This document shows positions 43,253-55,938 of a stretch of DNA of 64,000 nt, one piece after another. The first letter of the stretch is position 1. Each line of letters opens with the position of its first letter. The notes beneath the pieces were generated by a model, which was given only the letters and a program-made list of their open reading frames with translations, made no database searches and was not told the origin of the DNA. Source of the DNA: Eledone cirrhosa (taxonomy: Eukaryota); assembly GCA_964016885.1 (NCBI GenBank), contig OZ024756.1, positions 22,816,001 through 22,880,000 on the forward strand. Direction: 5' to 3'. A program made the position numbers and the translations under genes.

Positions 43253-43480
43253 ATAGTAAAATAAAATAACAATGAAGATCGGTTACTCCTTCATTACGTT
43301 TATTGGTTGTTGACGCGCGTTTCGCCACTGATCAGCTCAGAGTTCGATCTGTGTCGATTACAGAGTCGGGTAAGATCGACACAGATCGAACCATGAGCAG
43401 ATCAGTGGTGAAACGCGCGTCACCAACCAATAAACGTAATGAAGGATTAACCAATCGTCCTTGTTATTTTATTTTACTAT
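43253..43480. mobile_element. Fold-back element with HHR 3' half (GAAA cgcgcg TC)
   Basis: Arms of about 105 bp with several mismatches. The stem III palindrome ACGCGCGT is followed by accaaccaataaa. Confidence 0.75.
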
Positions 43481-43697
43481 ATATATATATATATATATTT
43501 TAGTACAGCATTAACGAAGCTTTAGGTTGCGGCCAAGCTAACGAATGCAAATTCGGTATGTAGCTTTAGGGAATAGTACCCCAGAGTAATAACAATACGT
43601 TTAGACAGCTTTGCAAATCAAATATAGCGATCGGCAGTCCAGCCGCATTTGCCAGAGCAACGAAAATGGTTGGACTCAGGAAAAGATTTTAGACTGG

Positions 43698-43869
43698 ATA
43701 TTCATTTATATTAAGTCTAAAAAGTGAGCCTTGTTACTCTCGAGTTTCACCTGTTTATCACAGGCGAAACTCCAGAGTAACAAGACTAACATTTTAGCTT
43801 TAGTATAAATGAATATTAAATTAGAACTCTACTTCGGTATTGAGTGCTCCTTTCTCTCAGCCATCAGCC

Positions 43870-43872
<3 letters not shown>
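43698..43872. mobile_element. Fold-back element with HHR 3' half (GAAA ctccagag TA)
   Basis: Inverted repeat 43698-43816 and tail tattgagtgctcc. A relative lies at 12358-12490. Confidence 0.65.
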
Positions 43873-43955
<83 letters not shown>

Positions 43956-44140
43956 GTATAGGATTATCCAAGATGCAGTGATGGTTAATTACGATATCTA
44001 CAAGCCGCTCTCTCCTACTTCTCCAACCCCTGCATATCTTTCCTTCTCTCTCCATCTTCCCTACTTTTCTCTCTTCCTGTTCCACTCTATCTTCCCCAAC
44101 AACCCCACTTAAGGGTTTTTACATTGTATATTTACCATTC

Positions 44141-44252
44141 TGCTCTGAGGAAACAGTGGTCACAGCATTGGATATTCGAGTTCTGCAAATACTTGTGAAT
44201 TTGCACGTAGCGGAACTAGGCTGCAGTACCACCGTGGAAACACTTGTAAGCA
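44141..44252 (+). ncRNA. Type I hammerhead ribozyme motif with 85-nt stem II region
   Basis: tgct CTGAGGA aacagtggt...accaccgtg GAAA cacttg TA agca, then aataaa, within the TA-flanked element 43951-44305. Confidence 0.65.
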
Positions 44253-44299
44253 CACGGAATAAACTACCTTTTTATGATGTCTACCTGTTATTATTCATT

Positions 44300-44363
<64 letters not shown>

Positions 44364-45719
44364 AGGGTTTCCTCTGCTTTTTTTATTTATACAGCCTATT
44401 TTGAATGAAGACTCCCACTTGAAGTGGAGATGTAAAACAAAGGAAATAAAGTGTCTACCTGACAAACTATACGGCATTGTATTGGTTTTGGGGCGGTATT
44501 GACTTTTCCTGTCCCCTGCTTTTATTTTAATTTTGTTTTGTTATTATTTATTACTATTTATTGGACTTTTATCGGAAATTATTATTTTTAAAAAAAACAC
44601 CAAAACCAAAACAACAACAACAATTATTATTATTATTATATTATTATTGTTGTTGTTGTTGTTTTGGTTTTAGTGTTTTTTATCTTTCCTATCCTTACTG
44701 TAAATATTGATCCTGGTTTTAATTACTCTTTTGGTCCATTATTTGAACTATATTTTTTCCAATTTTATTCCCAATATTGCAACTGACTCCATTCCGCAAC
44801 TTTATTCCCGTCATTTCAGTTTTGACATTAAAATTCTTGATAACAGAGTGCGTTCATGTGTACACACACAGAGATACTCATATATACATACACAGACACA
44901 TTCACACACACACAGACTCACACATACATACACGCACACATTCACACAGACTCAAACATACATGTACCCACACAGTCAAGTGCAGAAAAACACATAAATG
45001 CTTTAGGATCCCTTTTGAACATGGCGGACCATCGGTTTATACGTGTAAATTTCCTCTCCATGATGCAGACCTGAGGAAGTGGTTTTATTTGTGTATGTTT
45101 GTGAGTCTCTAAGTGTGTGTCTGCGTGCGTGTGTAGACACTAAGTCACACCAAGACACGAAATATATTATCTCAATTCGTATTAATGAACTATCACTCAG
45201 AAAAGAACTAAACGAATATTTAGAAATAATTTATAAAATGACAGAGCTAAGACAGAAGTCTCAAGTGAAGGAAAATATCCATTATACTATGTCATGCAAA
45301 TATCAACGTATTACATCGTTAAAATACCACCTCTTGAGACTAGTGAATTGGGGGAAATCTTCCGTAGACCAAATATATACTGAGTAGAATGTCAAATGGT
45401 GGATGCGTCGAAACGAACTGACGTACCAAAAGAATTGTTTTCTTTCCGACAGACTAAAAATGACTATCACGGCTATACTTCTGTAAATACCGAATGATAT
45501 TTACTTTCTTAATGAACATAACCAAAAGAACATATTCCGAAAGTGGAAGAGCCGAACTTCCACTGTCATCGCCTCCATCTCTCTCGCCCTCCCCATCTCT
45601 CCGTTGGTGAGCAAATGGGGTCCCACGTGCTGGCCTCCCCATAGCCCCGGCAGACAGAATCGTATGCACACAATGTATTCTGCATTGAAATCATTTGCTG
45701 GGAGGGAGAAAAGGGTTTG

Positions 45720-45950
45720 ATGATCCAATGAGTGCACAGTCCCGGCAGTGTTTTGTGTCCTTGAGCAAGACACTTTATTTCACGCTGCTCCAATCAACAC
45801 AGCTAGCAAAATTGAGTTTTACCTGTAATTCGAAATAAAAGACTTGTCCTTGGAGAATGCTCAGCCACTTGCACGTTAATTTCACGAGCAGGCAGTACTG
45901 TTGATTGAATCAATAAGAACACTCACCGCCATAAAGCGACGGAGTGCCAG
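45720..45950 (+). mobile_element. SINE, family A (partial)
   Basis: tgtgtccttgagcaagacactttatttcacgctgctcc. Confidence 0.7.
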
Positions 45951-46773
45951 ATTTTATATAAGCGTTATTTATTTTATTTGTGGAACTTGTACCAACAAAT
46001 CTAAATATATATTATATAACAAAACAGTGTCCTTTAGTTTTAAATTAACTCTCTCATCATTGATTAATTATCCACATTGATCGGGGCGGTAACTTGTAAT
46101 ATTTATTGAAAATTAAATCTTACTAAGTATAACGAAACAAACACTTAAGTTATATAATTAAGTATTGGTTTTTGAACATATTGACTTTTTGCGACTCCTT
46201 TGATTTTATACGTTTGTCTTTGTTTTGGGGGAAATTTCTTTCATTATTGGAAATTCTGTTGCTGATCTTAATTATTTTTATCTTTGTATTATAATATAAC
46301 TCTATTTTACGGTGTTGATTTTCTTATTTAATATATCGCAGCCAAATTTAATATCTTGTGAAAAGCTTTGAATCTTTATATGACTTTTAAAAGTTAAAGT
46401 TTAAATTAATTTTCAAAATGGAAATCTTGCATGCCTGGAATATGTCTCTTTCGGATTACATTATTTCAACAATATTTTCCCAAGAATGACGTCATTTCTC
46501 GCTACCAAAATAACGTATATTACGATTTATCGAGGTGGTTAGATGATTTTAATTTCGAAGATATCCATATCAAAATAGATATGCTAGAATAATATGAAGT
46601 GCAGTGGCTGCTAGCCTCTGACTTTCTGTACCCGATTTTCTAGCGCTATTATCATTATATCGGCTGTGTTTGGATATCAACATTTTCAAACAAAATTATA
46701 TATTTATGAACGTTCTTCAGACTTATTTCATGATTATAAACCACAATTTCATGATTATAAACCACAACCGAAA

Positions 46774-46960
46774 TGGATTGGCAGTATCGGTAGAGGGTCT
46801 GACGCTATGCTTTGCAGCATAGAGTTACGGGCCTTTACGATCTGAGTTCAAATCCCGCCGAGGTTAACTTTGCCTTTCATCCTTACGGGGTCGATAAAAT
46901 AAAGTACCAATAATACACTGGGATAATTGCTGGCCTTGTGCCAAAAGTAGAAACAATTAT
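46774..46960 (+). mobile_element. SINE, family B
   Basis: Matches 21261-21448. Confidence 0.85.
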
Positions 46961-47967
46961 TAAATATGTATAAAGTTAATAATCATATACAGGTATATTT
47001 AATAAAGCTGTCACCATCGGAAAAGAGATTTATCAAGAGTTTTCCAAAGACAAAATCATATTACTTCAAAACATATGAAACAACTGGCAAACTCTATGAT
47101 TTCACAATTGCATGAATTAAACTTCCGTCAGTCAGCTGTCCTTGCTAAGACAAAAATAACTTATCTTAGAGCAAGCTTCTTAAACATTGGTGACATACAT
47201 ACCAATTTCTAATTTAGGTACAAGACCAGCAATTTGGGGAAGTGTTAGTCGATGAATTCGATCCCGGTATTTGTTTGATACTTTACATTGTAACGTTGAC
47301 CCCGGTGGGATTTGAATTCAGAACGTGGAGTACGAATGAATACTGACTCTTTAAGGATTCTACCAATACATCTCACTTTTTGTGCCATAAACATCTTCTT
47401 TAGTGAGGAAGACTCTTATCAAACGCATGTACTACGTACAGAAGAGACTAAAGATGTGGCAAGATCCATTTAAACCAAAGTAGCTTTGTTAGACGAAACA
47501 TATTTTTATATGAAGTATAGCAATCAATATATTTTATTCACATTTGGAAGCATTGGTCGTTTGACTTACAGAAAATTTAAATTCGCGTTATGATATTAGA
47601 TTTTGATAGACATCATAAGAATGACCTGTCAACTGGTTGACACAGCTTATCCAGTGAGAGTTTTCTGAGAACTAAATTGATAGCTGAAGTGGCATACGTC
47701 GCTTTGGTGTTATCGGTAATGCAGTCGTTCGCGAAATGAGTGATACGTGATTCTAATTCGACGCCCGAGGAAGAATATGTTCACCATTTCTAATATATGT
47801 CCTACTTGTAACCATATTATTTCAGGTTTATATTATAAAATGTTATTAGATTATAACCTCTCTCTCTCTCTCTTTCATAAATATACATACATACACTTGT
47901 ATGTATGTGGGTGTATGTGTGTGTAAACTCATATATATCCATATACATACATACACACACAAACATA

Positions 47968-48003
<36 letters not shown>

Positions 48004-48010
48004 TATATAT

Positions 48011-48063
48011 AAGGGCGGTGCCCCAGCATGGCCTCAGCCGGATGGCTGGAACAGGTAAAAGAG

Positions 48064-48067
<4 letters not shown>
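48011..48067 (+). mobile_element. Short retroposon 3'-end fragment within TA tracts
   Basis: aagggcggtgccccagcatggcctcagccggatggct...taaaagag, with a second copy at 62738-62797. Confidence 0.6.
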
Positions 48068-48114
<47 letters not shown>

Positions 48115-48120
<6 letters not shown>

Positions 48121-48450
48121 AAAAAGAGATGAAATCGAAAATGCAACTGGAGTCTTATTTTTTTTTTAAATATATATATTTATTTGGTTCCTTTACCGGT
48201 TTCGCAGTTCTTCTGCTTTTCAAAAGGTGAGTTAAGATGGAGGGTTTTTCTCAAAAACCACAGACCCTCCATCTCAACTCACCTTTTGAAAAGCAGAAGA
48301 ACTGCGAAACCAATAAAGGAACCAAATAAATATATTTTTAAAAAAAATAAGACTCCAGTTGCATTTTCGATTTCATCTCTTTTTCTTTATACTTCCACTC
48401 GTGTAGGACACCTCGGTTATTTTTCATTTTGTAAAAAAAACCTCACTTTC
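48115..48450. mobile_element. Fold-back element carrying U3-A8 variant HHRs
   Basis: Inverted repeat about 48115-48245 versus 48264-48390. The 3' tail matches 5100-5312. Confidence 0.85.
48190..48227 (-). ncRNA. Hammerhead ribozyme variant with U3-A8 core
   Basis: Reverse complement: cctt TTGAAAA gcag aagaa ctgc GAAA ccgg TA aagg. The mirror at 48282-48319 has ccaa in stem III. Confidence 0.68.
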
Positions 48451-50287
48451 TAATATAAATATATATACATATATATATAAGATAGAGAGTTGCTCTTTTG
48501 TACTTCTACAGTGAACTATAGAAAGCTACATTATCCACTTCTCTTTATAATATATCTAACTTCTGCATTAAAGATCTTAACAATTCATGTCAGATTTCCA
48601 ATCTCTTTCATAAAATACCTATTAAATATATTCTTCTTCCATGTGAAATCTAGATCACGAGTGTATCATGTACGTCTTTATTTTCCTGCAAATACGATCG
48701 CCATTAGCCAATGAACTGGCTTCTATGTAATTAGACGATAAAATCAAGAACTGAAATATATCATATTTCAATGACAAACTCATTACTTTCTTTGAAATAG
48801 CGGCCATTAATTTACAGTGACATAGCATTTATAACCTGCTTAATAATGGTTCCTGATTTAGGCACAAGACCAATAATTTTGTAGAAGGGGTAAGTCGTAC
48901 TTGTAAGTATGATTAAGACATATACATTTATCAGCAATCAAATCGTTGGTTATTTCAAGAACACTAGTACATAACCCGTTTTAGAAGTGCATGTATATGT
49001 GTATATTAGTACACGCTCTTGTGTATGAAGGACAATTTTCCGTGCAGGAAATAGAAAGTAATTGAATATCAGCTTTTTATTTTTAATTTTAAGAACACTA
49101 ACATGTCTTTATGTATCCCCAATTATGCGATTATATAGACACCAGTGTGTGATCGGTACTTTATTTTATCGACCTGGAAAGAATGAAAGGCAAAGTTGTC
49201 CTCGGCGGGATTTGAACTCAGAACACAGAAGGTATGACTAAATACGGCAAAGCAGTTTTCCACTGCCCTAAAGAAAGTTAATATTAAATTTTAATCGCAT
49301 GAGACTCAAACACTTCAAACTATAGACATTTTCTAGTTTAATCTAAAATTATCTGATGGACTTGCTTCGGGGTTTTTATGGCAAAGTTTAAGTGTTTGTT
49401 CCTTCCTTCTCTCAATAACAAATCAAGAAAGAGAGTTCTCGTCTAAGACAAATCACACTTTAATAATACGCAAATCATTTTTTTTTACCCCTGGCAACAG
49501 AGAAGGAAGGTTTTTGTCTTGTTCTGTTTTTAACGTGTTTGTATGTTCGTTTATTATCCTTTGGTTTAAAATAAATATACTGGAGATTTTACGACCAAAT
49601 TCTGTCTTTTCTTCAATCAAATCCTTAACCGTCTTTTTCAGCACAAAAAAAAATGTTACCTTAATCATCACCTTTTGCCCTGATAAAATCACCTAGTAAG
49701 AATGTACTCTCTTACGTAGCATATCACATCCAGGTAGTCTTCATTTCCAGGAGTAACGCCTGGCTTACATTTATATATTATATAACATTGTTGTTACTGT
49801 TGGCGATGGTGCTTATTTATCACTCAAGTTTGCATTTCTGTTCGTCAAATTGCAACTGTATGTATTTATACATGTTATTGTTGGTTTGTTTGTCATATGC
49901 CTTTATCATTTTTAACATCTATTTCTTGGTGTTCAAATGTTTCAACATTGCGGGAGGTTTATTCGCAACAAAATACTACTGCTACTGCCAGTTACTATGT
50001 CAGATATGGCTGTATTAAACCAGTAATAAACAATGTACAGACGGATGGCTGTAAATATATGCATACGCAATAGAAATCCTTAAAAACGAAACATAGGTTT
50101 TAGCGCAGTATAATATAGTAAACGTTGAAATATCCTGAAGCCCTTTTAGTTGCAAGAAAGCAAACACACCTCCACTCACACACACACGCACGCACACACA
50201 CACACAGACACACACACACAAAAACATTAATTTAATTTCACTATTTTCTGTCTCCAAGGTTTTATATATACACAACATATTTCACTA

Positions 50288-50602
50288 TTTTGAAATTAAC
50301 TAAGTTAAAATTTTCCAACGTTTTTTGACGATGAAAAATAGTTCTTTCTACTTTTGGCACAAGGCCAGCAATTACCCAGTACATTACTGGTACTTTATTT
50401 TATCGACCCCGTAAGGATGAAAGGAAAAAGTTAACCTATTCAAATCCCGTCGAGGCTAACTTTTTCCTTACATCTTTAAGGGGTCGATAAAATAAAGTAC
50501 CAGTAATGTACTGCTTAATTGCTGGCCTTGTGCCAAAACTAGAAACAATTATTTTTCATCGTCAAAAAACGTGCGTTGGATATTTTTTATTTAATTTCAA
50601 AA
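50288..50602. repeat. Inverted duplication of a SINE B 3' half plus its flank
   Basis: ttttgaaatta...ttttgacgatgaaaaata-[SINE rc] / [SINE]-tatttttcatcgtcaaaa...taatttcaaaa. Confidence 0.8.
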
Positions 50603-50779
50603 ATTCTTACTTTTGTTATGTTTTTTTACTGCCTAACCTTGAACAGATCAGTGTACCTTGATTATGTACAATGTTTCGTTTGTTTTTGTATATAACATAT
50701 GTGCAACACTGTTAATGTGTTGTTTCTGTTTCTAAGACCTGAGGTTTGGTGAAGTATTCCGATATTAACTTAGCATATA

Positions 50780-51281
50780 TTATCATGTAGCTGCAACATC
50801 GACCTGTGGTGTGTATATATATATATATATATTACCATGGGGAGAGATGACCCCTTAGCCTTTGTCAAGGCAGAATTCTAGGAGAAGGAAAACTCTGATA
50901 TAACACCTGCAACCCTGATGGTATCCAATGATGTTGACTTGTTCTTCTTTTTGGTAAATATCATCTTGGTTAAGAGAGTGGGACTGGCTCTGTGCAGTGC
51001 CTTTGCTCACTATAAAAGCTTCACGGCACAGGCATTGCTTTATATCTGGAGATCTCTCTGCACTTGTCGTCACATGGTACCATGGGCCCAGCAATATGTG
51101 TCAATAATTGTCACAAGTGTAGTGTTTGTACCAGAGTTTTCAAGTCGCTGGCTGGACTAAAAAGTCACACTCGTTCAGCGCATCAGTAGGGGTTCTCCTA
51201 CATGGATATGAAGTAGTGGCCGTACTCGAAAACGAGTTGGCAGCCACCATATTACCATGTAGCTGCAGCATGGCTCTGTGG

Positions 51282-51342
<61 letters not shown>

Positions 51343-51520
51343 CGATGTAGCCGCAACATGGACTTGTGGTGTGTATATATATATACATATCACCATGTAG
51401 CTGCAGCATGGCCCTGTGGTATATATATATATATTACCATATAGCTGCAGCATGGCTCTGTGGTATATATATATATATATATATATATATTACCATGTAG
51501 CCGCAACATGGCCCTCTGGT
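50780..51520. repeat. TA-spaced minisatellite (taccatgtagctgcagcatggccctgtgg), about 6 copies
   Basis: Units at about 50781, 51253, 51341, 51391, 51435 and 51492, interrupted by a retroposon. Confidence 0.8.
50840..51250 (+). mobile_element. RTE-related non-autonomous retroposon with TSD
   Basis: Reverse complement of the 36531/37122 family. atattaccatg flanks both ends (50829 and 51249). Confidence 0.85.
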
Positions 51521-51863
51521 TACAAAGTTTGTTTCGCAATCATTAGGTCCCGGGTTGGATCTAGCTTCGTGGCATCTTGTTAAAAATGCCATTTGCTATA
51601 GCCTCGGGTAAAACGATGCCTCGTAAACATAACTTAGTAATGGACGTTAGTAGTTTGGAATCCTCTTGGATGGACAGTATCTATAATTTAAAGGGATTGC
51701 TTTGTCAGACTCTATTACGCTGAACCTCCTTAGGAATTATGTTAAGGATACACGTGTATGTGGAATGTCCAATAACTTAAGTATTCATATGAGGAGCGGG
51801 CATTTCTGTTGATTGAACACCTAAATCACGGCTCACCAGAATTGTTATATCTCAATTGCATTA

Positions 51864-52345
51864 TTACGGGGTCGATAAAATAAAGTACCAGTAATGTACT
51901 GGGATAATTGCTGGCCTTGTGCCTAAAATAGAAACAATTATTATCATAGTGGATTAGCAGTATCGGCAGAGAGTCGGATAGCATGACCATGCTTTGCAGC
52001 ATAGAGTTACGGTCCTTTACGGTCTGAGTTCAAATCCCTTCGAGGTTAACTTTGCCTTTCATTCTTACGGGGTCGATAAAATAAAGTACCAGTAATGTAC
52101 TGGGATAATTGCTGGCCTTGTGCCTAAAATAGAAACAATTATTATCATAGTGGATTAGCAGTATCGGCAGAGTCGGATAGCATGACCATGCTTTGCAGCA
52201 TAGAGTTACGGTCCTTTACGGTCTGAGTTCAAATCCCTTCGAGGTTAACTTTGCCTTTCATTCTTACGGGGTCGATAAAATAAAGTACCAGTAATACACT
52301 GGGTATTGCTGGCCTTGTGCCTAAAGTAGAAACAATTATTATCAT
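51864..52345 (+). mobile_element. Tandem array of SINE family B (about 200-bp period, 2.4 units)
   Basis: ttacggggtcgataaaataaagtacc at 51864, 52065 and 52264. Confidence 0.85.
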
Positions 52346-52600
52346 AGGAATTATATATTTTTCCAGTCTCCACAAACCGGTTATCTCTATTTCTAGATCC
52401 ATATATTTGGTCAAATTCACCATTACCGCCTGTTTTAGATCGATAGTTCGATTGAGATGCATTCCCTTTTCTAATGATCATTGACATAGATAGACCTTGT
52501 TGTTTCTGTCTATGTGCATTTGTCCCTGTATGTTCTCTTTGTTTATTCTCTTCTCTAAGATCTATTCCACTGTTTTGTTGTAACATCTCTTTTCTGTTAT
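52335..52600 (-). pseudogene. R4/Dong-like non-LTR restriction-like endonuclease relic
   Basis: KYMDLEIEITGLWRLEKYIIPMII resembles the RLE tail KYxDLxxEIxRxW..IPIIxGALG. Confidence 0.55.
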
Positions 52601-52615
52601 TATTTCATAGAGCTA

Positions 52616-53025
52616 GGGCGGTTGATTGGCAGTATCGGTAGAAGGTCGGACGCCATGCTTTGCAGCATAGAGTTACCGCCCTTTATGATCTGAGCTCAAA
52701 TCCCGCCGGGGTTAACTTTACCTTTCATCCATAAGGGGTCGATAAAATACCAGTCACGCACTGGGGGTCGATTTAATCGACTTTCCCCTTCCCCGAAATT
52801 GCTGGCCTTGTGTCTATATAAGAAACCATTATTTCATCGGTGAACTGGCAGGATTGGTAGAGGGTCGGACGCCATGCTTTGACGCATAGAGTTACGGCCC
52901 TTGCCATTCTGAGTTCAAATCGCGCCGAGGTTAACTTTGCCTTTCATCCTTACGAGGTCGATAAAATAAAGTACCAGTAATGTACTGAGTAATTGCTGGC
53001 CTTGTGCCAATAGTAGAAACAATTA
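52616..53025 (+). mobile_element. Two SINE family B copies in tandem
   Basis: Two gagggtcggacgccatgcttt...gtcgataaaata units. Confidence 0.8.
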
Positions 53026-53259
53026 TTTCATAATGATGGTATAATTTGTAATGAATGAATGAATGCATGGTCCCGTAACTCCTGTGGGAACGTTTGGGGC
53101 ATGGTATTGATATATGGCGTTTCTAGAGTATTTTTTAAACCTAGTGGAGCGCATCCCTCTCCAGGTCTGAATCCAACAGTTTTCTTCCAGAAAAGGATAG
53201 CGAATAAGAGAATGGAAGAGAAAAAGAGATATAGAGAAAGATACGTTCCCATTACTAGA

Positions 53260-53400
53260 CTGATACTTTTTTATCGACCTCAAACAGATGAAAAGCAAAA
53301 TTGACCTCGGTGGGTTTGAACTCAGAGAGTAGAGAACTAAACTAAATACCACAAAGCACTCTATCGAACATTCTAACGATTCTGCCAACTCGCCTCCTTC
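53260..53400 (-). mobile_element. SINE, family B (diverged)
   Basis: atcgacctcaaacagatgaaaagcaaaattgacctcgg...tttgaactcag. Confidence 0.65.
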
Positions 53401-54175
53401 ATTTGTAACGTATAAAACGCCTAAATTTGTCATGAATATCAATGTATTATTTGTTTGAGACACAACGGATCAATTTGATTTGTGGTTGTTTATTGTTTAT
53501 ATTCCTAACTTCCAAATTTTCTGGGCACAGTTACATCTTGTTTTTTTCATTCTGTGTAATATAGAATTACGATGGTTATTTATTTACTGCTTCTTTACGA
53601 CCCCAAGCATTTAATTATTGCAAAATTAAATTACAAAAATATCTTAGCCATTCTTATAGTATTCCTGAGGATGTGTAAAAGATTGGATTAGTTTAAAATT
53701 AAAATAAACGCATCCCGTTACATGACTTGCCCGGTGGTATTATGAATTATGAAATTACTAAAAAACAAATATGGACGTTTGGAGATGTAAATCTGGCCTG
53801 GGGTGGGCGGTATATATCAGACAACAGCTGTAACAGCACCATATTGATTGCCTTGCAGGGTCTTCAACATGTTAGATCCAACATGTAGATAGATTTAATA
53901 TAGATTCCGTAAGTATGTTGTATTACATGCAAGATATATAACATTGATTCACCTTATGTAATGTATACTTTCGAGTGAGAGAAAGAGAGAGAAAGTGAGA
54001 GAAAGAGAGAGAAAGAAAGAGAAAGTGAGAGAAAGAGAAAGCGAAATTGAGAGAAAGAGAGAGAAAGTGAGAGAAAGAGAAAGTGAGAGAAAGAGAGAGT
54101 GAGAGAGAAAGTGAGAGAAAGAGAGAGTGAGAGAGAAAGTGAGAGAAAGAGAAAGAGAAAGAGAAAGTGAGAGAA

Positions 54176-54208
<33 letters not shown>

Positions 54209-54905
54209 GAGTGAGAGAAAGAGAGAGAGTGAGAGAAAGAGAGAGGGAAAGAGAGAATGAGAGAGAATGAGAGAAATAATGAGAGAGATAATGAGAGAGA
54301 TAATGAGAGAGGGAATGAGAGAGGGAATGAGAGAGGGAATGAGAGAGGGAATGAGAGAGGGAATGGGAGAGGGAATGGGAGAGGGAAAGAGAGATTGAGA
54401 AAGGGAAAACGTGTGCGTATTTGCATGTGTGCGTATTTGCATGTGTGCGTATTTGCATGTGTGCGTATTTGCATGTGTTCGGTATTAGGACGTAAATTGG
54501 CAAAGTCATTAGAGGGCTCTGAAAAGAATGCTTTGCGTTATTCCTTCTAGATCTTTCTGCTCTGAATACAAATACCACTGAATCTAACATTGCCTTTCAT
54601 GCTTTCGTGGTCTATATATACATGATACGCCAAAAAAAGAAACGGAAAACAAAAAGGCAAACACTACAGTACAAAGAAGATACATATTAGTTAAAAACTT
54701 GATAGAGAAGAAAAGAGCCTTAACATGTCGGATGCTAGTCTTTCACCAGGAGAGAGAAGTAGAAATAAAAGAATAAAAAAGGTAGAGGAGAGCTAGAAGA
54801 GAGAGAAACGGAAAATGTGTGTGTTTAGGGATAATGATTTTCTCTCTCACTTATATGCGTGTTTGTGTCTATATATATATATATATATATACGTATGTAT
54901 ATATA

Positions 54906-55150
54906 TTACTGATCAATGTTCAGAGCCATCCTCAGCATTTTCGTGTAGCACCCATCCACCATCTGAGTGAGTTTCTTGGTCAGTGTCCAAATCTCAGACC
55001 CGTACAGCAGCACAGACTCCACTACAGCAATGAAGAGGCGGATTTTCAGGTCTTTACGAAGGTCCGACTTCCACACCGATCTCAAGCTGTGGCACGCCGC
55101 CCAGGCTTTGCTCTTCCTCTCAACCAAATCATCTTACGTATTCCCAATCT
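54906..55150 (-). pseudogene. RTE-clade LINE ORF2 fragment
   Basis: KAWAACHSLRSVWKSDL..KIRLFIAVVESVLLYGSEIWTLTKKL..VDGCYTKMLRMALNI. Confidence 0.85.
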
Positions 55151-55157
55151 TTGTATG

Positions 55158-55476
55158 TATGTATTGGAATTTCGTATTTCAGAAGAAATACGGTATATTT
55201 AAAAAAAAAGGTTTCGCTATGCCAAAACACAAGCGACTAACGCCGTCTAGCGGTGTCCAGCAGTAGCAAGGGGGACAATCGTGGATGTACATTTTGAACT
55301 GAACTGATTCTGATCGTGCTGATGAGAACGAGTTCAGTTCGAAATGTGCATCCACGATTGTCCCCCTTACTTCTGTTGGACACCGCCAGACGGTGTAAGT
55401 CGGTGGTGTTTTGGCTCACTAAATGTTTATTTTAAACATATCGTATTTCTTCTAAAATACAACATTCCAATACATA
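55158..55476. mobile_element. Older fold-back element (about 155-bp diverged arms) with an HHR at the turn
   Basis: tatgtattggaat.../...attccaatacata, with many arm mismatches. Confidence 0.8.
55313..55358 (+). ncRNA. Type I hammerhead ribozyme motif
   Basis: atcgtg CTGATGA gaac gagttca gttc GAAA tgtgca TC cacgat. Stem I is 6 bp, stem II is 4 bp, and the cleavage triplet is AUC. Confidence 0.85.
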
Positions 55477-55536
55477 TCTGTATACAACTATACCTGAAGC
55501 TAAATTGTAATTTGATATATATATATATATATATAT

Positions 55537-55751
55537 CTCTAACGATCGACTCTCGTCAAATCGGACCGAGGAAACAATGTTTCCGCTGGTCTTTCCAATT
55601 GCTAATACTATCTATCGGTCGCTACTCCTGGTAGAAGGAGCAACGTGAAATAAAGTGTCTTGTCAAGGACATAACGCATCGCCTGGTCCTGGAATCGAAC
55701 TCACAACCTCACGATTGCGAATCCAATTCTCTAACCACTCAGCCACACGCC
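55537..55751 (-). mobile_element. tRNA-derived SINE, family A
   Basis: Reverse complement ggcgtgtggctgagtggttagag...gagttcgattcc...tgtccttgacaagacactttatttcacgttgctcc. Confidence 0.85.
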
Positions 55752-55758
55752 TTCACAT

Positions 55759-55820
<62 letters not shown>

Positions 55821-55865
55821 ACTATAAAAATCAGTAGAAATATTTGAGAAAATAATACGTCTGAG

Positions 55866-55938
55866 TGCCGAAACCTGAGATTGAACAGGGGACCTTTAGA
55901 TCTTCAGTATAACGCTCTACCAACTGAGCTATTTCGGT
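55866..55938 (-). tRNA. tRNA-Phe(GAA), probably a pseudogene
   Basis: Reverse complement ACCGAAATAGCTCAGTTGGTAGAGCGTTATACTGAAGATCTAAAGGTCCCCTGTTCAATCTCAGGTTTCGGCA, close to metazoan tRNA-Phe. There are mismatches at position 1, in the anticodon stem and in the T stem. Confidence 0.8.

Noticed and set aside
49453-49692. 79-aa non-repetitive ORF as a host exon
   Set aside because: I see no recognisable domain or splice-site support. Small host exons cannot be excluded anywhere without RNA data.
50780-51520. Repeat-spacer pattern resembling CRISPR
   Set aside because: The spacers are just variable (TA)n plus one retroposon insertion.
55866-55938. Functional tRNA-Phe gene
   Set aside because: Acceptor, anticodon-stem and T-stem mismatches and fusion to a repeat favour a pseudogene. 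Its CTGAAGA is the anticodon loop, not an HHR core.
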